From an uncultured bacterium (GTDB lineage Bacteria; Bacillota; Clostridia; Oscillospirales; Acutalibacteraceae): 64,000 nt of DNA. Location of the stretch: positions 12,597-76,596 of the forward strand of contig CAJMRT010000003.1 in NCBI GenBank assembly GCA_905215855.1. The letters are read 5' to 3'. Of this stretch, positions 46,486 to 56,010 are shown one piece after another. Below the pieces are notes generated by a model, which saw nothing but the letters and a program-made list of their open reading frames with translations, ran no database searches and had not been told where the DNA came from. A program made the position numbers and the translations under genes. How positions within the stretch are numbered: position 1 is the stretch's first letter; each line of letters begins with the position of its first letter.

Positions 46486-48900
46486 TCAGCCGAGAACGAG
46501 CTTTGCCGTGTCAACGCTTTCTTTTGCGTCACGACAGTAGTAGTCAGCGCCGATTTTCATAGCGTAGTCCTTTGTAAGAACCGCACCGCCGACAAATATT
46601 GTACATCTGCTTGAGCCGTCGGGATTCTGAAGTTCCTTACATTCTCTTACAAGCCTTATTGTGTCTTCCATACTCTTGAGGGTTGTTGTCATAAGAGCCG
46701 AAAGTCCTATCATCGTAATATTCTGTTCAACGGCAGTATCAACAATAAGCTGAGGGTCAACATCACGACCGAGGTCAACAACTGTGTAGCCGTAGTTATC
46801 AAGAAGAACCTTTACAATGTTCTTACCGATATCGTGAATGTCGCCCTTTACGGTTGCAACGATAATTTTACCCTTGCTTACGGGAGTTCCGCTTGTCTTT
46901 GTGAGGTGCTTTTTGATTACATCAAAGCACTCCTGAGCTGTGTTTGCGCTTTGGATAAGCTGTGGAAGGAAGATTTTATTCTTTTCAAAATCTTCACCCA
47001 CTCTGTCAAGTGCAGGGATAAGCATTTCGTTTACAACCTGCATTGCATCGGTTGTTTCAAGAAGCTTTGCGGTTGCGGCTGCACCTTCGTTTTTAAGTCC
47101 GTTATAAACAGCCGCAAAAATATCAACATTGCTGTCTGCCTTTTTAACGGGAGCGGCAGGAACAGCATCGTTATATGCGTTGATAAATTCAAGCGAGTTC
47201 TTGTCAATGCCGTTAAGCACACGGAATGCTCTTACAGCGCCTGTCATCGATTCAACATTTGGGTTGATAATCGGCAAATCAAGTCCCTGTTCCATAGCCA
47301 TTGTAAGGAAAGTTCTGTTGACAAGCTCACGGTTCGGAAGTCCGAAAGAAATGTTTGATACACCGAGGCAGGTTTTACAGCCGAGTTCCGTTTTTACTCT
47401 GTGCAGAGCCTCAAGAGTCTGACGGCAAGCCGCCTGTTCTGCGGAAACCGTAAGAGTAAGGCAGTCGATATATACATCTTTTCTGTCAATGCCGACAGCC
47501 TCGGCTCTTTCAACAATTCGTTTTGCAATCTCAAATCTGCCCTCGGCGGTTTTCGGGATACCGTTTTCGTCAAGCGCAAGTCCGACAACAGACGCACCGT
47601 ACTTTTTGACAAGAGGAAGAACCGTTGCAAGGCTCTGTTCCTCACCGTTTACGGAGTTCAGAATCGGTTTGCCGTTGTAGTAGCGGAGTCCTGCCTCAAT
47701 AACCTCGGGCTTCGTGGAGTCAATCTGGAGCGGAACATCACACACACTCTGAATAGCCTTGAGAACACGCACCATCATCTTTTTTTCGTCAATTTCGGGA
47801 TGACCTACATTGACATCAAGAATTTCCGCACCGCCCTGAACCTGACTGAGAGCCTGAGTGAGAATATAGTCAATATTATTTTCAACAAGAGCCTGCTTGA
47901 ACAGCTTTTTGCCTGTGGGGTTAATTCTTTCGCCGATAATTCTCGGACCGTTGATTTCGACAACCGTCGTTGAACTGCAAACGGTTGTGTCAACGCTCTT
48001 TGTCTGAGGCTGATATTCTCTGTCGGCAACCTCTGACTTAATTTTTGCAATATAATCGGGATTCGTTCCGCAGCATCCGCCGATAACCTTAACACCGTAT
48101 TTGAGGAGCGAACAAACGCACTCGGCAAATTTGTCGGGCATAATGTTGTACTCATTGCTGTTAGGATCGGGCAAGCCTGCGTTAGCCTTGATTACAAGGG
48201 GAAGATTTGTGTATTTCGACATCTCGGAAACAACGGGTTCAAGCTCGTCCGGACCGAGTGAACAGTTGACACCGAGAGCGTCAACACCGAGTCCCGTAAG
48301 AGTGACAGCCGCACAGGAAGGCGATACACCCGTAAATGTTCGTCCGTTTCTCTCAAAGGTCATTGTTGTGAGGATAGGCTTGTCGCAGTTTTCTTTTGCG
48401 GCAAGGACTGCGGCTTTAAGCTCGTAAAGGTCGGTCATTGTTTCAAAAACTATGACATCGGCATCTTTACCGGCAAGAATCTGCTGTTTGTAATACTCGT
48501 AAGCCTCGTCAAATTTCATTGAACCGGCAGGTTCAAGCAACTGACCTATCGGACCGATATCAAGGGCAACAAGAGCGTCTGTACCCTTAACGGCTTTTCT
48601 CGCAATCTTAACACCGGCACCGATGATTTCTTCAACGCTGTAACCGCTGCCCTGAAGCTTGTAGGCATTTGCACCGAAGGTGTTTGCGTACACAATGTCA
48701 GATCCGGCATCAATATACCTCCTGTGAAAGCTCTCGATAAGCTCGGGGTGAGTAATGTTCAGCACCTCAGGCACATGGTCATACTTCACACCGCTTTTCT
48801 GAATGAGAGTTCCTGTTGCACCGTCAAGCAGAATAAAATTCTTTTGGTTGAGATATTCACTAAAGTTTGAAAAATTCTTAAACACCACAATGTTCCCCAT
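46486..48900 (-). CDS. metH: Cobalamin-dependent methionine synthase, short (~800 aa) form lacking the AdoMet reactivation domain
   Basis: Homocysteine-binding domain (LLDGATGT, GGCCGT), pterin-binding domain, B12-binding cap and Rossmann with GDIHDIGKNIV (DxHxxG). Confidence 0.85.
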   Translation of the reverse strand: MGNIVVFKNFSNFSEYLNQKNFILLDGATGTLIQKSGVKYDHVPEVLNITHPELIESFHRRYIDAGSDIVYANTFGANAYKLQGSGYSVEEIIGAGVKIARKAVKGTDALVALDIGPIGQLLEPAGSMKFDEAYEYYKQQILAGKDADVIVFETMTDLYELKAAVLAAKENCDKPILTTMTFERNGRTFTGVSPSCAAVTLTGLGVDALGVNCSLGPDELEPVVSEMSKYTNLPLVIKANAGLPDPNSNEYNIMPDKFAECVCSLLKYGVKVIGGCCGTNPDYIAKIKSEVADREYQPQTKSVDTTVCSSTTVVEINGPRIIGERINPTGKKLFKQALVENNIDYILTQALSQVQGGAEILDVNVGHPEIDEKKMMVRVLKAIQSVCDVPLQIDSTKPEVIEAGLRYYNGKPILNSVNGEEQSLATVLPLVKKYGASVVGLALDENGIPKTAEGRFEIAKRIVERAEAVGIDRKDVYIDCLTLTVSAEQAACRQTLEALHRVKTELGCKTCLGVSNISFGLPNRELVNRTFLTMAMEQGLDLPIINPNVESMTGAVRAFRVLNGIDKNSLEFINAYNDAVPAAPVKKADSNVDIFAAVYNGLKNEGAAATAKLLETTDAMQVVNEMLIPALDRVGEDFEKNKIFLPQLIQSANTAQECFDVIKKHLTKTSGTPVSKGKIIVATVKGDIHDIGKNIVKVLLDNYGYTVVDLGRDVDPQLIVDTAVEQNITMIGLSALMTTTLKSMEDTIRLVRECKELQNPDGSSRCTIFVGGAVLTKDYAMKIGADYYCRDAKESVDTAKLVLG

Positions 48901-49522
48901 TTCTTCTGAAGCGACATTTGCCTTTCATACTGCAAATTGCACACCCTCGTTTTCTTCGTTCAATCGGATTGTCTGAAATTCCGAGAACCGCCGTAACCGA
49001 CTTTGACGGCACAAGCAGACAGCTGTCGCCTGTTGTAAGACCTATTTTTCTCGGAGCGTCAAGTATTCTCAGATACTCCTTCTGCATCTCAATAGGATAG
49101 TCCCCGTAGCCGGGACTGAAACGGAAAGTCATATACTTTCCACTGTATTTTTCGGCAAGGATTTCGTCAACCTTTTGACACACCTGTTCAACGGCAACGC
49201 TTGCAAAGCTGTCAAGCACAACCGCCCTTGCCATATCCGCAATCTGACTTATGCGGATAAGTTTGTCAATTTCAGCACCGATTGTCGCACACATCATAAC
49301 GGCTGTGTGGCAGCCCTCAAGGTGCTTTTTTATATCATTGCCGAGTAAAATATCGTCAAACGGAGCTTTGCGTTCAACATAGAGAAATCTCGGCTCAGCT
49401 GTTTTCAATATTTCTTTTTCGCATTCATCCATCAGCACATCCATGCGGTAATTAAGGCTGATTCCTGCACCGCCGAGGTAGCGTATAGCCTCTTTGCGGT
49501 TTAATCTGTCAAGCGTTATCAT
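48878..49522 (-). CDS. Stand-alone methionine-synthase activation (AdoMet-binding, Met_synt_B12-like) domain protein
   Basis: 214 aa, located between metF and metH. Conserved-looking region MMCATIGAE...DSFASVAVEQ...RFSPGYGDYP. Assignment is by context and pattern. Confidence 0.5.
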   Translation of the reverse strand: MITLDRLNRKEAIRYLGGAGISLNYRMDVLMDECEKEILKTAEPRFLYVERKAPFDDILLGNDIKKHLEGCHTAVMMCATIGAEIDKLIRISQIADMARAVVLDSFASVAVEQVCQKVDEILAEKYSGKYMTFRFSPGYGDYPIEMQKEYLRILDAPRKIGLTTGDSCLLVPSKSVTAVLGISDNPIERRKRGCAICSMKGKCRFRRNGEHCGV

Positions 49523-50379
49523 AAAAGACTTGACACCGCCTCCGTAATTTTTCTTGCAACATACGGGTTGTTCATTGTGTAGAGGTGGATACCGTCAACA
49601 CCGTGTGCGATAAGGTCAACAATCTGGTCAACCGCATATGCAATGCCTGCGTCACGCAAAGCCTCGGGCCTTGTATCATACTTCTGCATAATCTTTGCAA
49701 ATTTTGCAGGAAGGCTTGCACCGCACATCGAAACCATTCTTTCAATCTGACTTTTGCTTGTTACAGGCATAATACCTGCCTCAATCGGAACATTCACGCC
49801 TGCAATCTTCGCTCTTTCAAGAAAACGATAGTAAACGGAGTTGTCAAAGAAAAGCTGTGAAATAAGGTGGCTTGCACCCGACTCAACCTTTTTGCGAAGG
49901 TTGTGAATGTCCTCAACCTCATCGGCTGCCTCGCTGTGAACCTCGGGATAACAAGCGCCGGCAAGGTCAAAATCACCCTGTGACGCAATGTATCTGCACA
50001 AATCGCTTGCATAAGTGAAATCCTTCTGCGGTTCAACACCTTCAACCCTGTCACCACGGAGTGCAAGAATATTCTCAATGCCGTTCTCCTTAAAGAGCGC
50101 AAGGTTGCGGTCAATATCAGCCTTTGTGCTGTTAATGCAGGTGAGGTGTGCCACGGATTCAACTCCGAAATCTCTCTTGATTTTTGATGCGATTTCGCAG
50201 GTGCGATTTTTTGAGCCGTTACCGCCTGCACCGTATGTTACGCTGATAAAATCAGGCTTTAAAGCCGAAATTTCTTCAAGCTTGCCGTAAACCGATTCAA
50301 TCGGAGAGGTCTTTTTAGGCGGAAATACTTCAAAAGAAAAAACTGTTTTTCCGCTGTTAAATAAATTGCTTATTTTCAT
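49519..50379 (-). CDS. metF: 5,10-methylenetetrahydrofolate reductase
   Basis: FSFEVFPPKK...SVTYGAGG N-terminal signature, 286 aa. Confidence 0.85.
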   Translation of the reverse strand: MKISNLFNSGKTVFSFEVFPPKKTSPIESVYGKLEEISALKPDFISVTYGAGGNGSKNRTCEIASKIKRDFGVESVAHLTCINSTKADIDRNLALFKENGIENILALRGDRVEGVEPQKDFTYASDLCRYIASQGDFDLAGACYPEVHSEAADEVEDIHNLRKKVESGASHLISQLFFDNSVYYRFLERAKIAGVNVPIEAGIMPVTSKSQIERMVSMCGASLPAKFAKIMQKYDTRPEALRDAGIAYAVDQIVDLIAHGVDGIHLYTMNNPYVARKITEAVSSLL

Positions 50380-50418
50380 ATATAAACACCTCGGTAATGG
50401 TTTTGTTAAACTTGATTA

Positions 50419-50447
50419 ATTATAGCATAAATGATTTTTGCATACAA
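50419..50447 (-). promoter_or_regulatory. Sigma-A promoter (TTGTAT-17-TATAAT, TGc extended -10) for metF-metH
   Basis: Minus-strand sequence ttgtat gcaaaaatcatttatgc tataat. Only ~30 nt of leader remain before the metF ATG. Confidence 0.45.
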
Positions 50448-50593
50448 TACTGTTTTGGTGGGTTTTGTCGTTTAAGGCTATCATTTTTTTGGAGGTTTGG
50501 GTATAAGCGAAAATTATATCAAAGAGTTTTATAATAATTATAATTTTGTTAACAAACAGAGTATACATTTACTTTCATAATAAAACAAAAATT

Positions 50594-50632
50594 GCATCAA
50601 TGCCGTATTCGGGCATCTGATGCAATTCCTTT
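50594..50632 (-). terminator. Intrinsic terminator downstream of mgtE
   Basis: Minus-strand hairpin ttgcatcagatgccc-gaatac-ggcattgatgcaa followed by TTTTTGTTTT. Lies ~75 nt after the mgtE stop. Confidence 0.6.
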
Positions 50633-50705
50633 ATCCGAGTATCTTCTCGAATAGATAGCGGTGGCACACCACCGACCTCAATTTTCAACTTTCAATTTAA
50701 AAAAA

Positions 50706-52076
50706 TCACAACTGCAAAACTAACTTTGCAACGCCGAAATAGATAAGCAATGATAGCGAGTCGCAGACTGTTGAAATGAGCGGATTCGCCATAACGGCAG
50801 GGTCAAAGCCCCCCCTGCTTGCCAAAAGAGGCAAGCTGCTGCCGACAAGCTTTGCCATAATAATTGTGCCGACAAGCGTAAGCGAAATTACAAGGGCAAT
50901 CATAAACGCGTTTTCCTGACCGTTGAGGTCAAACAAAAGCAGCTTTACAAAGTTTGCCGCCGCAAGCGTAATACCACAGAGGATTGACACCCTAAATTCT
51001 TTCCACAACACAAGAAAAATGCTTTTGAACTGAATTTCGCCGAGCGACAACGCACGGATTACCGAAACCGATGCCTGAGAACCTGCGTTACCGCCCGAAC
51101 CCGTAATCATCGGGATAAACGATGAGAGAATCAGCACATTTGCAAGCACAGCCTCAAATGATGAGATAATCGCACTTGTAAAGGTTGCCGAAAGCATAAG
51201 TATGAGCAGCCACGGCGCTCTTTTTCTGTACAGTCCGAAAACGCTTGTTTTCATATACGGTTTGTCAGACGGCAATACGGCTGCCATCTTTTCAATATCT
51301 TCGGTAGCCTCTTCCTGAATGACATCAATAGCATCGTCGATTGTTACAATACCGACAAGTCGGTTTTCGTTATCGACGACCGGAAGAGCAAGAAAGTTAT
51401 AGTTTGAGAACATCTGAGCAACCTGCTCCTGGTCGTCAAGAGTAGTTACCGAGATAACATTTTCCTCCATAATCGACTTTACAAGCTCGTCATCCTCAGC
51501 AAGCAAAAGGTCTTTTACGGTGGTGATACCGATAAGCTTGTTGTTGGCATCGGTCACATAGCAAGTGTAGATTGTTTCCTTGTCAACACCTGTTCTTCTG
51601 ATTCTTTTAATAGCCATTTCTGCCGTCATATCGGGACGAAGCACAATGAACTCGGTTGTCATAATCGAGCCTGCACTGTCCTCTGGATACTTTAAAAGCT
51701 CGTTAATCTGCTTTCTCATATCCTTGTCGGCCTGTCTTAAAATACGCTTTACAACATTGGCAGGCATTTCCTCGATAAGGTCAACGGCGTCATCGACAAA
51801 TAACTCATCGACTACTTCTTTCAGTTCGCTGTCGCTGAAGCCGTGGATAAGGAATTCCTGAGTTTCGTCATCCATTTCGACAAATGTTTCCGCCGCAAGC
51901 TCTTTTGGCAGAATACGAAACAGAATCGGCATTTTTTCATCCTGTAGGTTTTCAAAAACCGCCGCAATGTCATACGGTTTCATCGTAACCAGAATGTCAC
52001 GCAAGGTGCTGAACTTTTTGTCATCAAGCAGCACTTTGATAGTTTCAGTAAGGGTTACATTAACCTGTTCCATCAT
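50706..52076 (-). CDS. mgtE: Magnesium transporter MgtE
   Basis: MgtE N-domain, tandem CBS pair and a C-terminal 5-TM domain with ...GNAGSQ... 456 aa. Confidence 0.9.
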   Translation of the reverse strand: MMEQVNVTLTETIKVLLDDKKFSTLRDILVTMKPYDIAAVFENLQDEKMPILFRILPKELAAETFVEMDDETQEFLIHGFSDSELKEVVDELFVDDAVDLIEEMPANVVKRILRQADKDMRKQINELLKYPEDSAGSIMTTEFIVLRPDMTAEMAIKRIRRTGVDKETIYTCYVTDANNKLIGITTVKDLLLAEDDELVKSIMEENVISVTTLDDQEQVAQMFSNYNFLALPVVDNENRLVGIVTIDDAIDVIQEEATEDIEKMAAVLPSDKPYMKTSVFGLYRKRAPWLLILMLSATFTSAIISSFEAVLANVLILSSFIPMITGSGGNAGSQASVSVIRALSLGEIQFKSIFLVLWKEFRVSILCGITLAAANFVKLLLFDLNGQENAFMIALVISLTLVGTIIMAKLVGSSLPLLASRGGFDPAVMANPLISTVCDSLSLLIYFGVAKLVLQL

Positions 52077-52089
52077 CTTTTCCTCCTTT

Positions 52090-52300
52090 TTAATTCAATT
52101 GGAAGTAAAGACGGTGTCACCCTAAGTATTAAATTAAATCAATTCAAATCAAAATAAAAATACAAAGCAAAATCAATAAAACAAAATGAACGCACAAGCG
52201 CACATTTTGCTGCAACTTCGCCCGGGTACAGCGCCTTTATTACCGTCTGCGTCCATTAAGTTTTCACCTCATTCGCATAAAATTCGGGCAAAGCCCATAT
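52090..52300 (-). promoter_or_regulatory. Long (~230 nt) mgtE 5' leader. Candidate Mg2+-responsive (M-box-like) regulatory RNA. Unverified.
   Basis: The leader begins downstream of the TTGACA-17-TAAAAT promoter. It contains AGGUGA...AUGGA...ACG...GCGCUG..CCCGGGCG elements loosely resembling M-box core segments. Not alignable with confidence by eye. Confidence 0.2.
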
Positions 52301-52306
52301 ATATCT

Positions 52307-52335
52307 ATTTTATTCTTTTTTGTGTGCTATGTCAA
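52307..52335 (-). promoter_or_regulatory. Sigma-A promoter for mgtE (TTGACA-17-TAAAAT)
   Basis: Minus-strand sequence ttgaca tagcacacaaaaaagaa taaaat. Confidence 0.5.
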
Positions 52336-52420
52336 CGGATTTACACATTAAAAATGCACTTTTCAAATATTTTACAAGCAGCTTACAATCAGCTTTTTAC
52401 ACCGCATTATTTAATATTCC

Positions 52421-52449
52421 TTGCATTTTGCGCGCTATCAATGTATAAT
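52421..52449 (+). promoter_or_regulatory. Sigma-A promoter (TTGCAT-17-TATAAT), divergent from mgtE
   Basis: -35 52421-52426, 17-nt spacer, -10 52444-52449. Followed by RBS aggag and ATG 52490. Confidence 0.5.
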
Positions 52450-52489
52450 TGGTACTGTAATAAAAACAAATGATAGGAGTTTGCCCATT

Positions 52490-53137
52490 ATGTCAGATAT
52501 GGTAAAAAAATATGTCCCTTATGCGGTGATAATTTTCGTTGTTTATATGCTTTTGCCGCTTGTTTTTCTTCCTGCGGCAATGCAGAAGTTCTCACCTATT
52601 GCCTATGATTGTGTGTTCCCCCTTACAGCAATCGGATGTGCGGCTCATTACTGTTCAAAGTACGGACTTGACTTTCTCTTTGCACTCATTGCACCGATTA
52701 TTTATCTTCCGAGTATGCTCATTTACAACGGCGGATTTTCTTCAAGCACACTTTCAACAAACCTTATTCTTCTCGTTGTTTATCTTGTTGCAGGAATCTT
52801 CGGACTTTTCCTCGGTGACCTTGCATTCGGTGACAAGCGCCGTCAGAAAGAAAAGGCTGAACAGGAAGAAACAGAGGAGATGCTTCTTGAGGCAAGACGC
52901 CGTGAGAAGAAAGAGCTTGAAACTATGACAAAATCAAGCAGAAAACCCGAAAGAAATCCTCACAAACAGGAACGCAAACCGTCAAAGCCTGCACGCAGAC
53001 CTGCTCCCGCACCGCAGAGAACAGTCAAAGACGATACCGATGACTTTGACTACGATAAGTACCTTTCTGACATCGACAGAAAGCAAGACCCGAACGAAAG
53101 CGAAATTGACGATATTCTCAACGAATACGGTCACTAA
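52490..53137 (+). CDS. Small membrane protein (4 TM) with a highly charged, basic/acidic C-terminal tail
   Basis: TM-rich N-terminal 130 aa. C-terminal tail RRQKEKAEQEETEE...RKPERNPHKQERKPSKPARRPAPAPQ...DDFDYDKYL. The start is re-placed at MSDMVKK. Confidence 0.4.
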   Translation: MSDMVKKYVPYAVIIFVVYMLLPLVFLPAAMQKFSPIAYDCVFPLTAIGCAAHYCSKYGLDFLFALIAPIIYLPSMLIYNGGFSSSTLSTNLILLVVYLVAGIFGLFLGDLAFGDKRRQKEKAEQEETEEMLLEARRREKKELETMTKSSRKPERNPHKQERKPSKPARRPAPAPQRTVKDDTDDFDYDKYLSDIDRKQDPNESEIDDILNEYGH

Positions 53138-53172
53138 TCCAAACGACAATAAATTAAAATGTAAAATTAAAG

Positions 53173-53222
53173 TCGGAAAGACAGACTGCATATGCAGGTA
53201 AATGTCTTTCCGACTTTTTGTT
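53173..53222. terminator. Bidirectional terminator (perfect 13-bp stem agtcggaaagaca / tgtctttccgact)
   Basis: The loop contains a nested palindrome ctgcatatgcag. T-run TTTTTGTTTG follows on the plus strand. Confidence 0.75.
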
Positions 53223-53247
53223 TGTGTATTATCTGACAGTTCGGATT

Positions 53248-54129
53248 TTAGCTGTATGCTTCCACAATATATTTCTGAACAAGTGTGGCGTCAAGAATAT
53301 TGATAACGCCGTCATTATTTACATCGGACACATATATGCCGAAGTCATCAAGTGCGGCAGCTCCGAGTATATATTTTTGAATCTCGGTAACATCCATAAT
53401 ATTAACCCACCAGTCGCCGTTTGCGTTGCCCATGGTCAGCTTATCAATATAGGTACCTGTTGTACCACCGCCACCGCCCGACGCTGTATCGGTTTCATAT
53501 CCATAGCTTGTGGCATAGACCGTATCATGTCCTAGCTTGCGGCTGAGGTAAAATTCAACATATCCGTCCTTGTTCGGAGCACAGGCTGTCATAAAGCCGC
53601 CGCTCTCAATTATGAGATATGAATAATAGGTAACCTTGCCGGAACGCTGAGTTTTGTAGTTGAACTCCCATTTGCCGTTGTAGCTGTCCCTCTTGGTAGT
53701 GCCTTTTTCCGAAAAGGTCTTAGGGTCGAGGTCATGGAGCTTTACTCTGACTTTTACATATTTTCCCGAAAGGTCTGTTCTGAACAGATTTCTGTATGAC
53801 GAACTTCCGCCGCCACCGCCGTTAGTTAAATAAATGACATTGTATTTATCGGTTTTTGAAAAGTTATAAGCTTTTACCTTGTTCACAAGCGGCACAAAAT
53901 CTATCTTTGTAAGTCCGCCTTTTTCTTTTCTGAATTCCGCATAAACACTGTCGTTGGAATCAAGATTAAATGCAGTTGCCCCAAGCTGACCGTCCGCAAG
54001 TGTAAAGGATTTTCCGACATCTGTAACAGCCTTAACCTTTACAGCTGAATTTGCCGTAACAACAGATGTTAATGCCAGCACACCGCAAAGTGCCGTTGCG
54101 GTAATTTTTTTGATAATATTTTTCTTCAT
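53248..54129 (-). CDS. Secreted dockerin-containing protein of unknown function (paralog 1 of 3)
   Basis: Signal peptide MKKNIIKKITATALCGVLALTSVVTANSA (start at internal Met with RBS AGGGAGAG). A Gly-rich GGGGG segment. C-terminal type-I dockerin duplicated Ca-binding segments GNANGDWWVNIMDVTEIQKYIL and DVNNDGVINILDATLVQKYIV. Confidence 0.7.
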   Translation of the reverse strand: MKKNIIKKITATALCGVLALTSVVTANSAVKVKAVTDVGKSFTLADGQLGATAFNLDSNDSVYAEFRKEKGGLTKIDFVPLVNKVKAYNFSKTDKYNVIYLTNGGGGGSSSYRNLFRTDLSGKYVKVRVKLHDLDPKTFSEKGTTKRDSYNGKWEFNYKTQRSGKVTYYSYLIIESGGFMTACAPNKDGYVEFYLSRKLGHDTVYATSYGYETDTASGGGGGTTGTYIDKLTMGNANGDWWVNIMDVTEIQKYILGAAALDDFGIYVSDVNNDGVINILDATLVQKYIVEAYS

Positions 54130-54209
54130 TGTTCTCTCCCTATAAATCAAGATTTATGATTTGTCGCTTACAATATATTTTTGAATAAGAGTTGCGTCAA
54201 CAACATTGA
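54080..54209. repeat. ~130-bp direct repeat (copy 1) spanning a dockerin-gene junction. Identical to 55019..55148.
   Basis: Exact string caccgcaaagtgccgttgcggtaatttttttgataatatttttcttcattgttctctccctataaatcaagatttatgatttgtcgcttacaatatatttttgaataagagttgcgtcaacaacattga in both places. Confidence 0.85.
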
Positions 54210-55068
54210 TTTTACCGTCATGGTTTACATCGCTGTTAAAAAGCTGAGTCTTGCCGAATTTTACAATACCTACAACATATTTCTGAACAGATGTTGCATC
54301 TACAACCGTAATGTTTCCGTCTGGATATGCATCACCGCAAGTCAGGCAGTTCAATTTGCCACCAATCGTTGTTTTACACTCTGCGCCGTTTTTAAGTCTG
54401 CAATATTTATAAGCCATAAGGCCCGTATCCTCGCCAAGCTGTCTTGAAATATAAAACTCCGCATAGCCGTTCTTATCAGGGACAAAAGATGTTACCGCAC
54501 CTCCGCTGACAAAATATGCGCCCGAGGTTGCATAGCAAGGTTTGCCGCTGCTGTCTGTACCGAAATCCTCATATGTAAAGTCAAAATTCTTGTATGTGCC
54601 ATCGCTGAGTTTTCCGGTCATTGTGCCATCATCATTAAAGCCATCAGGAAAATAGTCGGAGAGTTTAATCCTTATCTTAACATATTCTCCGCCTGTTGAA
54701 TCATAATTGAATTTCATACCCGTATCACCAAAATAACGATTATCCGCTGTTATCATATGGCGAGTAAATTCCTGATTTTTCGGGAGATTTACAAACTTCG
54801 GTGCATCAATACAGTCCTTAAACATCACGCTGTACTTTTGATAATCCGTTGATATGAACATTGCCCCGAAATTCTTTGCCGTATTTTCGGTATATCCCGT
54901 TGTTGTAACAAAAAGCTGATTGTTTGAAATTTTCTGCGTTGTACCTGTAACTTCAAAGTCCTTGCGATCTTCATACTCGCTTACCGCACCTGTCGTAAGA
55001 ACCGAACCGACGGTAAGCACACCGCAAAGTGCCGTTGCGGTAATTTTTTTGATAATATTTTTCTTCAT
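54154..55068 (-). CDS. Secreted dockerin-containing protein of unknown function (paralog 2 of 3)
   Basis: Same signal peptide. Shared core (FVPDKNGYAEFYISRQLGEDTG). Dockerin repeats DGNITVVDATSVQKYVV and DVNHDGKINVVDATLIQKYIV. Confidence 0.7.
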   Translation of the reverse strand: MKKNIIKKITATALCGVLTVGSVLTTGAVSEYEDRKDFEVTGTTQKISNNQLFVTTTGYTENTAKNFGAMFISTDYQKYSVMFKDCIDAPKFVNLPKNQEFTRHMITADNRYFGDTGMKFNYDSTGGEYVKIRIKLSDYFPDGFNDDGTMTGKLSDGTYKNFDFTYEDFGTDSSGKPCYATSGAYFVSGGAVTSFVPDKNGYAEFYISRQLGEDTGLMAYKYCRLKNGAECKTTIGGKLNCLTCGDAYPDGNITVVDATSVQKYVVGIVKFGKTQLFNSDVNHDGKINVVDATLIQKYIVSDKS

Positions 55069-55148
55069 TGTTCTCTCCCTATAAATCAAGATTTATGATT
55101 TGTCGCTTACAATATATTTTTGAATAAGAGTTGCGTCAACAACATTGA
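55019..55148. repeat. ~130-bp direct repeat (copy 2) spanning a dockerin-gene junction
   Basis: Identical to 54080..54209. A diverged third copy lies at ~55976..56030. Confidence 0.85.
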
Positions 55149-56010
55149 CAGCACCGTCCGAATTCACATCACCGTTAAAAAGCTGAAGCTTACTCAATTT
55201 ATTTTCATTTACAACATACTTTTGAATTGCGGTTGCATCAGATACGGAAACCATCTCGTCGTCGTCTGTATTGCCGCAGATAAAGTTACTCAGCAAAGCA
55301 CTTGTTACGCCTTCATCACCCAACACACCGTTTTTCAGTACGCTTTCACAGGTTATCATTAACTCTACATCATCACCGATATTTCTTGAAACATAGATTT
55401 CCGCATAACCGTTTTTATCGGGTACAAACGAAGTAATCGCTCCGCCGCTGTGTGCATACGCACCCGATGATTCGTACAACAGCATACCTCTGTTGTCCTT
55501 TCCGTAATCATAGTAATTATAATCGTAAGTTCTTAACACACCGTTGTTCAGCGGTGCTGTAAAAGTACCGTCAGAATTGAAATACCCATTAAAATCAGAC
55601 AGTTTCACTTTCACCTTGACATATTTTCCGCCTGTTGTGTCAAATGTATGACAGGCAAAACTATTTCCGAAACCGTAGTTGTATTCATTTGCCATAAATC
55701 TTGAAAACTTCCTACCCTTAGGCAGCTGTATATATCTCGGATATTTCTCACAGCTTTTAAACTTCAATTTAAATTCGTTTTCCTGTTCGTCCTTGAATAA
55801 AACGCCGTACAGTCTTGAGGTTTTGCTCGTGTAACCTGTAGTTGTTACGAACAGCTGATTATTATTTATCTGCTGTGTTTCGCCTGTAACCTCAAACCTC
55901 TCCTGAGATTTTTCGACACTTTTCGGGGCAGCACTTACAGCAAATGCCGAGCCTGCCGCAAGCACACCGCAAAGTGCCGTTGCGGTGATTTTTTTGATTA
56001 CATTTTTCAT
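55093..56010 (-). CDS. Secreted dockerin-containing protein of unknown function (paralog 3 of 3)
   Basis: Signal peptide MKNVIKKITATALCGVLAAGSAFA (RBS GGAGGG). Shared core (FVPDKNGYAEIYVSRNIGDD). Dockerin repeats DDDEMVSVSDATAIQKYVV and DVNSDGAVNVVDATLIQKYIV. Confidence 0.7.
   Translation of the reverse strand: MKNVIKKITATALCGVLAAGSAFAVSAAPKSVEKSQERFEVTGETQQINNNQLFVTTTGYTSKTSRLYGVLFKDEQENEFKLKFKSCEKYPRYIQLPKGRKFSRFMANEYNYGFGNSFACHTFDTTGGKYVKVKVKLSDFNGYFNSDGTFTAPLNNGVLRTYDYNYYDYGKDNRGMLLYESSGAYAHSGGAITSFVPDKNGYAEIYVSRNIGDDVELMITCESVLKNGVLGDEGVTSALLSNFICGNTDDDEMVSVSDATAIQKYVVNENKLSKLQLFNGDVNSDGAVNVVDATLIQKYIVSDKS

Noticed and set aside
50380-50705. Expected a SAM-I (S-box) riboswitch upstream of metF-metH
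   Set aside because: The only strong hairpin plus U-tract lies ~75 nt after the mgtE stop and is best explained as the mgtE terminator. The metF promoter (TTGTAT-17-TATAAT) leaves only ~30 nt of leader. No S-box core motifs were recognisable.
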